Source: Chrysomallon squamiferum (lineage: Eukaryota > Animalia > Mollusca). Taken from it: 64,000 nt of DNA. The notes under the pieces were generated by a model. It was not told the DNA's origin, searched no databases, and saw only the letters and a list, made by a program, of their open reading frames with translations. Below, piece after piece: positions 14,183 to 27,442 of this stretch; position 1 is the stretch's first letter; every line of letters starts with the position of its first letter. The stretch is taken from contig CM022678.1 in assembly GCA_012295275.1 (NCBI GenBank), positions 18,042,001 through 18,106,000 of the forward strand, in the 5' to 3' direction. The translations under genes and the position numbers were made by a program.

Positions 14183-14917
14183 AGATGTTAAAATGTCTAA
14201 GTTATATATATATATAAATTGGCATAAATCGTGATTTGCCGGTTATCTGAAATAAAAAGAAAAGATAAATATTAGGAAGATGATATTTAAATTTTTTATT
14301 GCTGCTAGATTCAGGTTTCAAAAGCCGGTTTAGTCATTTCAACCACCCTTTTAATCACCATTAGAAAAAGAATTCACGTCTGCTAAAGCGCTAATTGAAA
14401 AGCGCTGACTCAGCGATTGCGTCATCCTACTGACATGCGCACTGTGGCGGTGTTGAGTGGTGACTTGTTATCATGCGGTCTTGTGCAACTGGTGATTATA
14501 CCTTTTCGGTAAATAAATCCACCTGTAAAACTAACATTTCATTTCTTTATTATTACCTACCAAATAAACTACTAATAATAAACCTTTGTCTTTTAAAAGC
14601 TAAACCCGAAACCAGAACACAGATCAACGTGATGTACAGAAGGATATCCCTTGCTATTTTTAGACTTGTTTATGGGGATGTCTCCAAAAACAAACGTCAC
14701 AAGGTAACCTTAAAAAGAAGGGTATATAAGTTTGTTTGTTTTTTTAAAGAAATTAATAAATATTTGGTGCCCGAACCTTGAATTGGACGTGGGCACGTAA
14801 AAAGAGTTCTCCAACCAACCAATAAATATTTGTCAGAATAATTTTGCGGCTGCTATAGGTTTTGGATGTCGAGGAATCTGCTTCAGGTTTGTATATATTT
14901 AATTTTTATTATTATTA

Positions 14918-14985
<68 letters not shown>

Positions 14986-15146
14986 TTATTAATTAATCAA
15001 TATTACTTGTAATGATTTATTTCTTTTCTTTTTTGTAAGATATATATATAGAGACACACACACATACACACATATAGTTACACACGTACACACATATACA
15101 TATATATTGTCAGTTTTACCTTTTCTTAGCATTCAGAATTGGAATA

Positions 15147-15242
<96 letters not shown>

Positions 15243-15679
15243 TTTATCAATTCGTATTATAATCATTATAATATATGTAACGAAAAATAAATACTGGTAT
15301 GTATGTATGTATATCTGTATGTATATATGTGTGTGTGTATATGTGTGTTAGTATGTGTGTGTGTGCGTCTGTGTGTGTGTATAGACAGAACGACAGATAG
15401 ATTGACAGATTCAGTGACTGAGAGAATGAACAAGATGAAAATTCTAGGAAAAATCGGGACGCTACTGTTTTACATTGAGAAACATTTCTAAGGTAAATTT
15501 CAAGGATCTGCTTTTGCGGCGGTAGAGAAAGGAGAACAGGATCAACACCTGACTGCTGATTTTCATAACTGGCCAATCAAAACCCTTCCACTGTTCCTGG
15601 TCTACTTTGGAAACGGAGTCTTCCTTGTTTTCAGGATTCAGCATTTTTCTCGAGGATTGCAAATTAACGTATCAATGAA

Positions 15680-15720
<41 letters not shown>

Positions 15721-15963
15721 ATCGGCCTACATAATTAATTTCTGTATAAATTGTTATAGTATTTGTAAGCATTTGCGAACGTAAGTATGGACATACATAC
15801 ACGCATACATATGTACGTACATAAATATATACATACATACATATACATATATATATACTATACACACACACACACACTATTATTTAACCAAATAAAATTA
15901 TTTCCGTCTTCATGTCTTTTTCTTTCTATGCCCCACTCCTCCCATCCATCTTTCTCTAACACC

Positions 15964-16046
<83 letters not shown>

Positions 16047-16809
16047 ACCTGCATTTATCAGTTATAAAGAATTCCGAATATGGGATGAGTCCAAATGTTG
16101 GTTTTGCTTGGACTTTGAAACATATCAGTTTACATAATGGTTGACTATCCTCGTTATTATTCTTATATCGTCTCGGAAATTTTAAATATTTCTTTGGTCG
16201 AGACAAAAAGTTTCAGTAAGGCACGTTTATTTCATTTGGAAAAATAAGTATTTTTTGGCCGGAGTTAATGTTTCTTAATCTAAAACAGGAAAACGACTGT
16301 GTTACTTTTGTTACATTGTACTGTATAGTGTTGTATAGTATTGCTATTGTATTTTATTATTAATTTGTGATGTGCTTCCTTATACATATATATGTATGTA
16401 AGTACGTATGTACGTTTTTTTTCGTGTTTTTTTTTTTTTTTTTTTTATTTTTATATTTTGGTATTTTTCACTCATTTATTTATTTTATTTGTTTTTATTT
16501 TCTTCAGTTTAATTTAATTTTTCATCATTTTTAAAAGTTTTTTTTTTTTTTTTTTTACTAACTTATTTATCTATTTATTTACTTACTTATTTTATTTTAA
16601 TTTGTTTGTTTGTTTGTTTATTTTATTTTATTTTTATTTTTATATTTTTAGTAACTGATTTTTGTTTGACTGTTTCAGCATTAACTATTCTATTTAAACT
16701 ATGATAAATAAACTATCAGTATCATGAAACTTACATATAAGCGTTTCAAGTTTCACTTTCGTATTAATTAGAAATAATGTTTTTTTTTTCTTCTTCTGAA
16801 AAATAATAA

Positions 16810-16892
<83 letters not shown>

Positions 16893-17693
16893 TAATTATA
16901 TCTTTATTATTTTTATTATTATTATTAATAGTAGTATTAGTATTAGTATTATTATTATTATTATCATTATCATCATCATAAGACTATTTCTTGTATCCAT
17001 TACCAGTTTCTCTTTTCCCAAGGAAAAGTAGCGATTTCAGGAACATTAGTTATTTATAGTCTTGATAATCATAAACAAATTTCTCAGAAAAGAATTGATT
17101 TTACTTCTGGCCACAGTCCAAATAAGCGAAACCAAAGATATTCATATTTTCGTCAGCAACCTATTGTTGACCATAATCTTGAAACCGCTCCTTTAAGAAG
17201 GTAAACTGAATAAACAGGCCATTTAATTTGTGCTTTTGGACAGAGAAGGACAAAAACTTGGCGGTACTCTGGTCAGTTACGAGAAATTGTCGAGGCCCTA
17301 ATTGGGAAACGCTAAACTTAGATTTGTTTTTGTTTTTGTTTTGGGGAAAGTTGTACAAATGAAATGAATTTAATTTATTAAAGTTTTTCGGTAGACTGAG
17401 ATAACCTACAGCTGCAGTTTTATTTATTTATTTATTTATTTATTTATTGATTTATTTACTTATTGATTTATTTACTTATTGATTTATTTCTTTTTCTTTT
17501 TTAGTTTATGCTGAAATCCGGTTTTGATCGAAGATAAGGTATAGTAAAGTATTTTGTGTCTGTATTTGTGCGCGCTTTTTATCAGTATTATAATTATATA
17601 TAACTATGGTTTTTAGTGTACGCATGTTAAACGGCTGAATATAATTATAGAATATAAATTAATTATAACAACAACAACAACAACAACAACAAC

Positions 17694-17736
<43 letters not shown>

Positions 17737-18398
17737 GGTGGTAGTGTTAATTTTGATATAATAATGGAGGTACTACTGTAGCCGTAGTGGTAGTAGTAAC
17801 TGTCGTGAAAGTAGTAGTAGTAGTAGTGGTAGTAGTATTAATTGTTGTAGTAGCAGCAGCAATAATAACAACAGATAAGTAATAACACCAGCAGTATTTG
17901 TATGTAGTTAAATTAAAAGTAATAGTATTAGCAACATTATTGGTGGTGGTAGTAGCAGTAGTAGTAGTAGTAGTAGAGTAGTTGAAACAATTATCATAGT
18001 AGTAGTAGTGACTGAAGTTGCAGTTGTAGTAATAGTAGTAATAGTCTTATTTTGTACTATATTTAACAACACCTAAGGCGTATGATTTGATGCGGAGGTC
18101 ACGTGATCCTTTCAATTTCGTTTCAGAAGTCTGTATAATTTTCGAGCTGTTAGCTCTTTTCTCATTCAGCAGACGATATTTTCCCGCGTTTATGAAAGAA
18201 ATCACCACGCTGGACGACAAATACAGGTAACTACAGAGATAATTAATAAATAAAGTTAATTCTGGTTTTATGCATTTATAAATTTCTTCTTCATGTTCTT
18301 CATGTTCATCTTCTTCTTCCTCTTTTCGTTGTTTTTGTTGTTGTTGTTATTGTTATCAATGTTGTTATTTCTTTATTGTATTAGCTTTCATATCTTTA

Positions 18399-18446
<48 letters not shown>

Positions 18447-18959
18447 TTTTTAAAATCTAGCACATATCTGAATATTATTATTTCATTTTATTTAGCAGTT
18501 ACCTTTAAAAGTAACTATATTTTATGTTTGTCAATGATTATTGATAATCTTTTTGCATAAAGTACTGATTAAAATAATAAAAAGAAGAAGAAGAAGAAGA
18601 AGAAGAAGAATAACAACAACAACAACAACAACAACAATAATATAATAATTGTAATAATAAATAAATAAATAATAAGCAAGTAAATAAATTATTTCTGAAT
18701 TAAAAGTAAATAAGCGAATAAAGTCGGTAATAACAATGCGTTAATGCCCAACATGCAAATAAATAGGACGATAGCCGTATCGTGTTTATAAACACGTGAA
18801 CAATACGCCTATGACGACACTGACCGATTTTTTTTTTTTTTACTCGCGCGCCATCTTTCTTCCAGTGCATTCCAGAACAAACTGACATCAATATAATGTT
18901 GTTAGGCCTTCAACATGCGGCTGTGCTCTAAAAATAGCATATGACCTCACTAGTCTTGT

Positions 18960-19060
18960 TTAGTGATTGGTCTTAAAATGAAAACAGTCTTTTTCATTGG
19001 CTGAGTCCGATGACGTCGGAAGTCGATCATGACCCCGATATAAGTGGCTGTTTGTTTACA
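18960..19060 (+). promoter_or_regulatory. Proximal promoter of CREBL2
   Basis: Two reverse CCAAT boxes 30 bp apart (ATTGG 18966-18970 and 18996-19000), CRE-like TGACGTCG 19011-19018, TATAAG 19039-19044 and forkhead-type TGTTTAC 19053-19059. A strong donor AAG|GTAAGC follows at 19221/19222. Confidence 0.6.
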
Positions 19061-19148
19061 ATGAAGGCAAAATGGTGAAAATCTCTCGCTGAGTAACTGT
19101 GTATTTGTGCTACTGTGTTATTCGTTAAATTTATTTGGATTTATTCAG

Positions 19149-19221
19149 GTTCGAAACTACCTTTCAAAGGATAACGGAAAAGGCTGCTGACAAGACGGAA
19201 AACAAAGAAACAAGCTTAAAG
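19149..19221 (+). other. CREBL2: CREBL2 upstream exon (5' leader or N-terminal coding; 5' boundary uncertain)
   Basis: Ends at donor AAG|gtaagc. Open and in frame with the bZIP exon (FETTFQRITEKAADKTENKETSLK) but has no ATG. An acceptor-like ttattcag ends at 19148. Confidence 0.55.
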
Positions 19222-19774
19222 GTAAGCTGACGTTTTCGTACGGAATTCCCCAAACGATACTGGTGGCAGTTTCTGTCGTCTGCCTTCGGGGATTTTGACA
19301 GCAATCAGCTGTTTCATACTTCCTTTAATCTGAAGACTAATATGTTATTGTTAGTTATTACATTTAACAACAAAATAACGCTATTTCAAAGGTTGAAATG
19401 GTTTTTTTAGTTTACGTTGAAAGTCGTTCTAATCTTTAGACAGAATTTACGAAACAGAAGTCGTAGTGACATTGACGGTCACGCGCCGTAAAGATAGTTT
19501 GTAAACAACACGAATGTCGCAGACGTCAGTAAAATTAAGCTTTCTGCTGAAATACAGTTAATATTTTCAGTGAATATTTTTAAGAATACAGCTAATGTGA
19601 ATCTAACTGTCATGATTAATACTCCTACATCAGTTTGAATCAACTTGAGTACAGGTGTCCCCTCCCACACACAGACACACACCCATCCCGTGAACAATCC
19701 CCATTTCGCTAGCCCGTGCCCTTGTCTGTATGTATATATATTCGTTAAATAGTCATTATTATTATTATTATTAC

Positions 19775-19823
<49 letters not shown>

Positions 19824-20465
19824 GATTATTATTTTGTAGAAAATTCATTTGTTTTTATAATAAACAAATTATTATAGAATGTGTAATATTCGTTAGGTTA
19901 ATGACCCCGACGTTAAGTACAAAACTAGTCAAGACTGTTACGTAAAGTTGTCAAATAGGTGATGTTCGTTTAACAGGGGGTGTGTGTGTGTGTGTGTGTG
20001 TGTGTCCTTCAGCCACTGTATTATAACCACATTTAGTCCACCAAACGTTATTTTTGCAACAGTAGCAGTGTTATCGTTTTTACGAAAGTCGGTCAACAAT
20101 TTAAGTTCGTTTTCTGGGACAGTCGGATAACTCCGTAAGTGATGAGTCGGAGAGTCGCGATGGGTCACGATGTGTCACGAATGAATAATCAATATACACA
20201 ATACGAACTATTAGTTTAACATGTTTTTATATGGGAAAATAATTATTGCACTAAGAACAGTTCCTTATCAAATTAGTTTTTTATTTAATTATTAACTCTT
20301 TCTTATTTATTTATTTATTTATTATTTTATTTTATTTTATTTTAATTTTCTATTTTTTATTATTATTATTTATTATTATTATTATTATTTTTTTTTTTTT
20401 TGTCAGTGTCACATATATATATATATATATTTATTTTATTTTATTTTATTTTATTTTATTTTTTA

Positions 20466-20519
<54 letters not shown>

Positions 20520-20637
20520 TCTTTTTAATTTTTTTTTTTTTTTTTTTTATCATTTTCACTCCTATATATTTAAGATTTTTATTTATTTATTTATTTATTT
20601 ATTTCAGACGGTAGATGCTGGCTGGTTGTCACCCCAT

Positions 20638-21209
20638 ATGTCGGGTGAGAAACCGCTAAAAAGAGCTGGCAAGCGACCGGGTCGGAAACCTTCGAAAATT
20701 GACTTCAAAGCGAAACTTGAGCGCAGCCGACAAAGTGCACGTGAATGCAGAGCCAGGAAAAAGCTTCGCTATCAGTATTTGGAGGAACTGGTAGCCCACA
20801 GAGAAAAAGCGATTTACTCGCTGAGAGAGGAGCTGAATTCCGTAAGTATTAAATTTTAATTATATTGGTTTGGAAATTCGAATATTTGTTAACAAAAAAA
20901 AAAAAAAATGTCTGTTGAGAAAGTTTTGAGGTGTTTAATGTAAAGATAATAAGGCGTTACCGTGTGTAAGCCATTTTCCCACACATTCCCCCACCTGCAA
21001 AAACGTAATTTAATCATTTTAAAGAAAGAAAATAATAATAATAAAAATAATAATAATAAAAAAACAACAACAATAACAGTAGGAGCGACTGCATCAACAA
21101 CGACACAAATTCAAAATCATATAAAAATAAAAACAAAAGTAAGTGTATAAATAATAATTAAAATAATTTTAATAAATGAGATTAAATGCTGTAATTTTGT
21201 AATCTTTTG

Positions 21210-21261
<52 letters not shown>

Positions 21262-21381
21262 TATTAATAATAATAATAGTAAAATATAAATATTTTTTTT
21301 TTTTTTTTTTTAAAAAAAGACACCAAAACAAAAAAGATGAGAGAGTGTGAATGTATGATTGAAAGAACAATATTTTAACAA

Positions 21382-21426
<45 letters not shown>

Positions 21427-23815
21427 ACTTAACAAAATTAGAAGCAAGAATATGTAAATACACAAATATTTCTATTAAATGCAAATGAATGAATGAATAA
21501 ATAAATAAATAAATAAAAAGATAACCAACCATTCAAGAGCAAGAAAACAAAGCAACAACCAAATAAACACAATGTGTTTTGAAACATATTTTAAAATTCT
21601 TAAAATAAACAAATAAAATGCAAACTGATGAATAAAATAAATAAAACAAAACAAATATTAATGAAAAAACAAATAATAAATGAATAGATAAATAAATAAA
21701 GAAAGAAAGAAATATTAAACTGATGAATAAAATAAATAAAACAAAACAAAAACAAAACAAATATAAATGAACAAACAAAAAATAAATAAATGAAACTGAA
21801 CAAACTAGTAAATAAAATAAAATAAAATAAAATGAAATAAAATAAATAACAAACTTACATCTTCGGTAACATTTTTCTTTCACTAAGAAATTTGTTTCCT
21901 TGGCCCTTGGTACTGACGGAGACTAAATGAAGGACAAATGAAGCATGGATACACAGTAGTATCCTAGCACAGTATCCACCCTCACATATTTAATGTACAG
22001 TATTTACAGTATCATTCCCATGGAATATTTCCAGTATCTATACCCCATTATAATATTTCCAGATCTGTTCTTCCGGGGACATCCAGAATACCCCGATTAA
22101 AGTATCCCAACGACATTTTATCTACTGATAGTATCCCAAATGTATCTTTAAAAGTATTCCTCAGTAGAGGACACGTGACCGTATTGAGGGTACATCCTCA
22201 CTAGGTTGTTTTTGTTTCTGATATATTTTATTACGAGCAAATACTGACGCTAGTTTCAGACAAAACAATGACTTGGAATATATTTGAATTATTTAAGAAC
22301 AAACAACTCAACAAAAGAAAAAGAAAAATTTAAATAATAATAATAAAAATTTTATCAGTTCACCTTTTAGGTTTTCAACAATCTAAAATGTATTTAATAA
22401 TAATAATAATCATAATAATAATAATAATAATAGTAATAGTAATAGTAATAGTAATAGTAATAATAATAAAAATAAAATTCCACCCTTGTTAAAAAAATCC
22501 AACACTGTGAACGCACCTTTAACTTTTGGCAAAAATTTGTTTACCGTTTTTTCTGTATTTTGTATGCATTTAACAAAGATAAAGAAAAAAAATAAATGGA
22601 ATTGCACAACAGTGTTTGTGTTTTTCTTTCTGAAGGCGTAATCACACGTGTAGATTTATGGGAACCTATACTGTACAAATCGAGTACCTTCAGGAAGTTT
22701 CTGTCCGGTTTAACAAAGAGGCCTGTTTTTGCGGGGTCGAGATGTCACATTTATATGATGTTTGTTTTTGTGTATACCTGCAGTACAAGAATTGGTGTAT
22801 TGAAGTGGATAACGGAATAGTATCCGAAAATCTTATAAAGTACCTCTCCGACCACGATAACAGCCACGAAGCAACGACATCCCAACATTCACGCCCTCTA
22901 GCGCTGCCTCGTGTGGCGCCTTTACCTCTAAGGGGAGGTAATCCACCGATTACGAAAGCGTCAAGTTTACCTGAACAAAGTTCTGCGGCGTACGGCGGTT
23001 TCAGCCGAGCGTCAAGCTTCCCAGAAACGGAGACAGTTTCTTTCAGTGAGAAGAATGCTTATTCTGGGAATTCTGGGATTTCTGGGATTTACACCTATCG
23101 CCCAGCCAACGAGAATTTAACAGATTCGTTTTACAACCAAACCAGAACACTGACCGATGTGATCAGTGGTTTCAACAGAGATCCAGCTTCTGACTTCAGG
23201 ACTAAACCTACCAGTCAGGCTGTTTGTTCTATGGATGTTGACGGTGCCAACCAGTTCAGAACTGAACCTACCAGTCAGATGTCCCGTTCTATAAATGTTG
23301 ACAGTGCTGACCAATTCAGGACTAAACCGACCCATCAAATTTGTGAGCCAGTAAGCGAGAGTGTGACAACACAGTTCTTTCCGCAGACGACTTATTCCTC
23401 GACAGCGGTCAGCCAGTCTGAACCGGTGACCAGTCAGTTTGACACCCCTTCTGACAACACGTGTTTCCAGGATGCTTTTGAAATTTTGTCAAAACTGGAA
23501 GAGGCCAGTTCTTCGGCGTTCGTTTCTACTTGCGCCAGCAGCAGTTTGAACACGTCGTACGGTCACTTGCAGTCAGCCAACCAACCATTTTACACGGAAC
23601 AGCCGTCAACGTCGACCGGGGTCAAAGGTCAGCAGGACTCGCAGCCGTCGTGGTATTCGATACTGACGGAATTAGAGCCCTGCCATTCACGACAAGGCGC
23701 GGAATCGACGTCGGGAACGCCCACACTCGGAACTCCGAAAGTTGCCGAAGATGACGTGTCACTTCCAAGAGTTCTGTACGATTTGTTAGAAAGTACAGAT
23801 TCTTCTGATGGATAA
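20638..23815 (+). CDS. CREBL2: CREB-like 2 / REPTOR-BP bZIP protein, long isoform (~411 aa from the first in-frame ATG)
   Basis: Exon 20608-20841 (atttcag acceptor, TCC|gtaagt donor) encodes RKPSKIDFKAKLERSRQSARECRARKKLRYQYLEELV, nearly identical to the recalled CREBL2 basic region. It splices in phase 0 to 22784-23815, which begins YKNWCIEVDNG (human YKQWCMAMDQG) and continues as a long Ser/Thr-rich tail. Confidence 0.92.
23180..23339 (+). repeat. Coding tandem repeat, ~3 x 60 nt (20 aa; D..[DQ]FRT[KE]PT.Q)
   Basis: DPASDFRTKPTSQAVCSMDV / DGANQFRTEPTSQMSRSINV / DSADQFRTKPTHQ within the CREBL2 long last exon. Confidence 0.85.
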
Positions 23816-24203
23816 TTAGTCCTAATTTGCATAAAATGTTTTTTTTAAAATATGTGAACGATGTAATTATTTTATACACATCTGTATTGTCAGATGTGTA
23901 AGTGTTTTATTTATTTAATGGAACATTTTTTTTTTTTCTAATTTACAATAACATACCTGGATGTTTATATATTCTAACTACATGTGTGTTTATTTAGATA
24001 TTTATTTATTTATTTATTTATCTGCAATTAAAATCCTTTTCTGTGGAATGATTGTACCAGAACATTTTATACGATTTATAGTGATTTTTCGAGCAAGAAG
24101 TGTCGAAATAAAATATTCATGATGTGAACATTTTGTTATGATGTGAAAAAGTTACAGAATACATATATATACACTTCGATATTTCATATTTATTCTTTAA
24201 CTA

Positions 24204-24264
<61 letters not shown>

Positions 24265-24779
24265 TTCCATGTTTTTATCACTTAAATTTTGGCAGCACAA
24301 ATATATATATCGGACTTTGAGTTAAGACATTTTTTTATTTTCATATATTTTATTACTGAAATTTCTGACTCTAAATAGAATACACCCGAATTTCCAAAGA
24401 AATGGAAGAAAATACTATGATGATCAAAAGAGTTTCGAAACCGAAATGTTACTGAAGAAACGTTATTTGTAACCAATTACAAATTACATGTTACATGTTA
24501 CCAGACCATTATTGAACAAGCAGCCTTAATGTAATTGTATACAATGTTTATTATTTGTTTTAACCACAGCTATGAAGAGAACGAACTGGTACTATTATTT
24601 TTTTAAGTCAGTTATTGAAGAAATGATTTGTAACCAAACTCGTACTGAAATACGTTTTATGTAACCACAGTTGTTATTGTTCTGAAACATTATAAGTTGT
24701 TTCTTGAATTACACTTGCAGTTCCATTCTGATTTACTTATTTCCATAGGGCATGCTTACACATATACATATATATATAT

Positions 24780-24860
<81 letters not shown>

Positions 24861-25302
24861 TCTTCTAGTCATCCCAAAAAGAAATAATAATATCATGATT
24901 TTCGATATTTATCTTCATAAATATGTAGACATTTTATTTTCTTACTATTATACAATGGTTATATACCAGTCAGTTGAGAATATTTTTATATATCTATTTA
25001 TTTTTGATATCTCTGTTGATTAGGAATCTTTATATTAGAAGATTATACAAAATTTTACGAGTCATATAACACAAAACGTATTTAGTACTTCATATATTTG
25101 ACGCGTTATGATATAACGTGAACATAAAAAAAAACAGCTGATAGTGTCATTGGGTTTACTTATGACGTAGAAATGACGTAATTGTTATTATTCAGCCATT
25201 TTGATGACATGGCATGATACTGTCTTTCATAAAAAATTACAATATTATGTCTCTTGTTTGTAGAACTTAACGAAATTCATATATCATAATCATTGTTAAA
25301 TA

Positions 25303-25333
<31 letters not shown>

Positions 25334-26435
25334 TTACGTCTGTTATTAATTTGTACTGTTTTGTTTGAAAACGCTTTTATCTAAAATTATTTCTGACATC
25401 ATATTAATTGTTATTAAAAACAACAACAAAACACTACTGTTTATAATTATTGATGCACTTCTTGAAGTATAAATAGCTAGTTCTGTATGAAATAAATATG
25501 TAAATTTTCTGGAGCTTTCTGTCCGCTAAGATTTTGTGTACAAAGTATTACATAGACCCCTTGACAACTGTTTTATATTGTGTTACATCGTCCTTTGTTA
25601 TTTTTTATATAAACTTTTTATTATATGAATGTCTTTAACTGTTTTCTTTGTTATGGATTTAACAATTTATAGTCTGATGTAACATTTTACCACAAAGAAT
25701 GTTTTGTTATTCTTGTTTTGTTTTGATATATACTGCTTTAAAAGAGTAAAGGTGCATTCAAACGGTTCGATTTGTTGGAACGTATTCTGTTTATTCTGTT
25801 ACTTCTCTTCTGTGAGATATGAAGATACTGTTAATATGTCTCATCACCTTACAAACTTAGTTATAGTCAACAAAAAAATAAAAAATAAAATAAAAAAATA
25901 AATAAACAAAAATACCTTGTAAAAGTTGATTAAAAATAATTAATAATACTGTGAACACATCAAATGTTGTAATATTGTTTCAGATATTTAAATATTACAG
26001 TATTGTTTTTTTGTTTTCGTGTGAACGCATTGTCAAATTGGTTACTTCAAATTGTTTCGTTGGAACGTACCTTTTAATTTACCTTTTCTAAAATATTGTA
26101 ACAAAAGACTGATGTCTAGTTATCTGTTAAATATATATATATATGTTTAGAAGACCTATTGATCATAATCACACCACAACCATTTCTCTATTTGTGATAG
26201 AACCTGGGACTGTCACTTTGTTATTTTTATACTGAATTGAGGACCACGTATTTTGTACATTGTGCACATTTGTATTTTTATTTTTAAAAAATGTAATAGT
26301 TTATGTTCTCTATTTTTGTACTCGATTTTACATCAATGTTGTTTTATTAGAACTGACTTTTGTACTGAACCTTTAATAAATGGCATTGTTGTTATTGTAT
26401 TTTGTTATATTTTCATTGTTTCAAATGTGATTAGG

Positions 26436-26466
<31 letters not shown>

Positions 26467-27220
26467 ATAACTGCTGTGTTGCCTATTATTAATAATAATG
26501 GTGAAGAAGGAAAATAAAGCCCCCACCAAAAGTAAAATAATAATAATAATAACAATAATAATAACAATAATAATAATAATAATAATAAATGCCGTGATGA
26601 AATATAAAAAACAGCATACTGTAAATAAAGCAAATAAATTAGATAAAAATAAAAATCCGAAAACGTTCCCTCAATACATCTTGTTTTTAAATCTCACCAC
26701 AAACAAAAATGAAAATAAAACGAAGAAGTGAAACTAATGAATTAATAAAAAGAAACAAAACAAACTGAAAAACAAATAATAATAATAAAACAACGAATAA
26801 TTAAAAAACAACAACAAAAAAAACAACTGAAAAACAAATAATAATAATAATAATAATAAGTAAATTAAAAATAAAAAAAACGAATGAAAAACAAACATGC
26901 ACATAAACAGCAGTATCAAGAAAGAAAATACTAATTCGCCAATTTCCGAAACACTTTTTAAAAAATTATTATTACTACCTACCTTTGAAATGTTTAAGTT
27001 TGATTTATAAACTTAGTCCTTACCTAGAACTTTACAAATCGATTATCATGACGTCATATTATTCTTCACTTTTTCGCGACTTAATTTTTCTTTCACTTTT
27101 CCTTTCGCTTCTTCATACTTTCTTTCACTCTTCCTTTCGCTTCTTCTTACTTTCTTTCACTATCTCTCTTACTTTCTCTTCCACTTTCCTTTTCTGTATC
27201 AGTTTCAGTTTTTGCTTTAT

Positions 27221-27303
<83 letters not shown>

Positions 27304-27442
27304 AATAAGTTCTATATGTGTCTTGACTAATATTCCCTCCAATTTAAACATTTCTCCATGGCGACAGTTATTGTCTTAGTTCGTAATACGTTTCCTTTAT
27401 TTACGTCATCAGATCTTGATTATTTTCAACTTCTGTTTTCAG

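Noticed and set aside
14502-14522. 21-nt minus-strand micro-exon (VDLFTEK) with plausible splice sites
   Set aside because: No neighbouring exons or homology place it in a gene, so it is likely chance.
15385-15680. Stop-codon readthrough at TAA 15489-15491, where the frame stays open for ~60 more codons
   Set aside because: UAA-G is a poor readthrough context, the peptide is unrecognisable, and a donor follows the stop.
22658-22783. N-terminal 42 aa of the 385-aa ORF as a stand-alone gene start
   Set aside because: This is intronic sequence; CREBL2 homology begins right after the acceptor at 22783.
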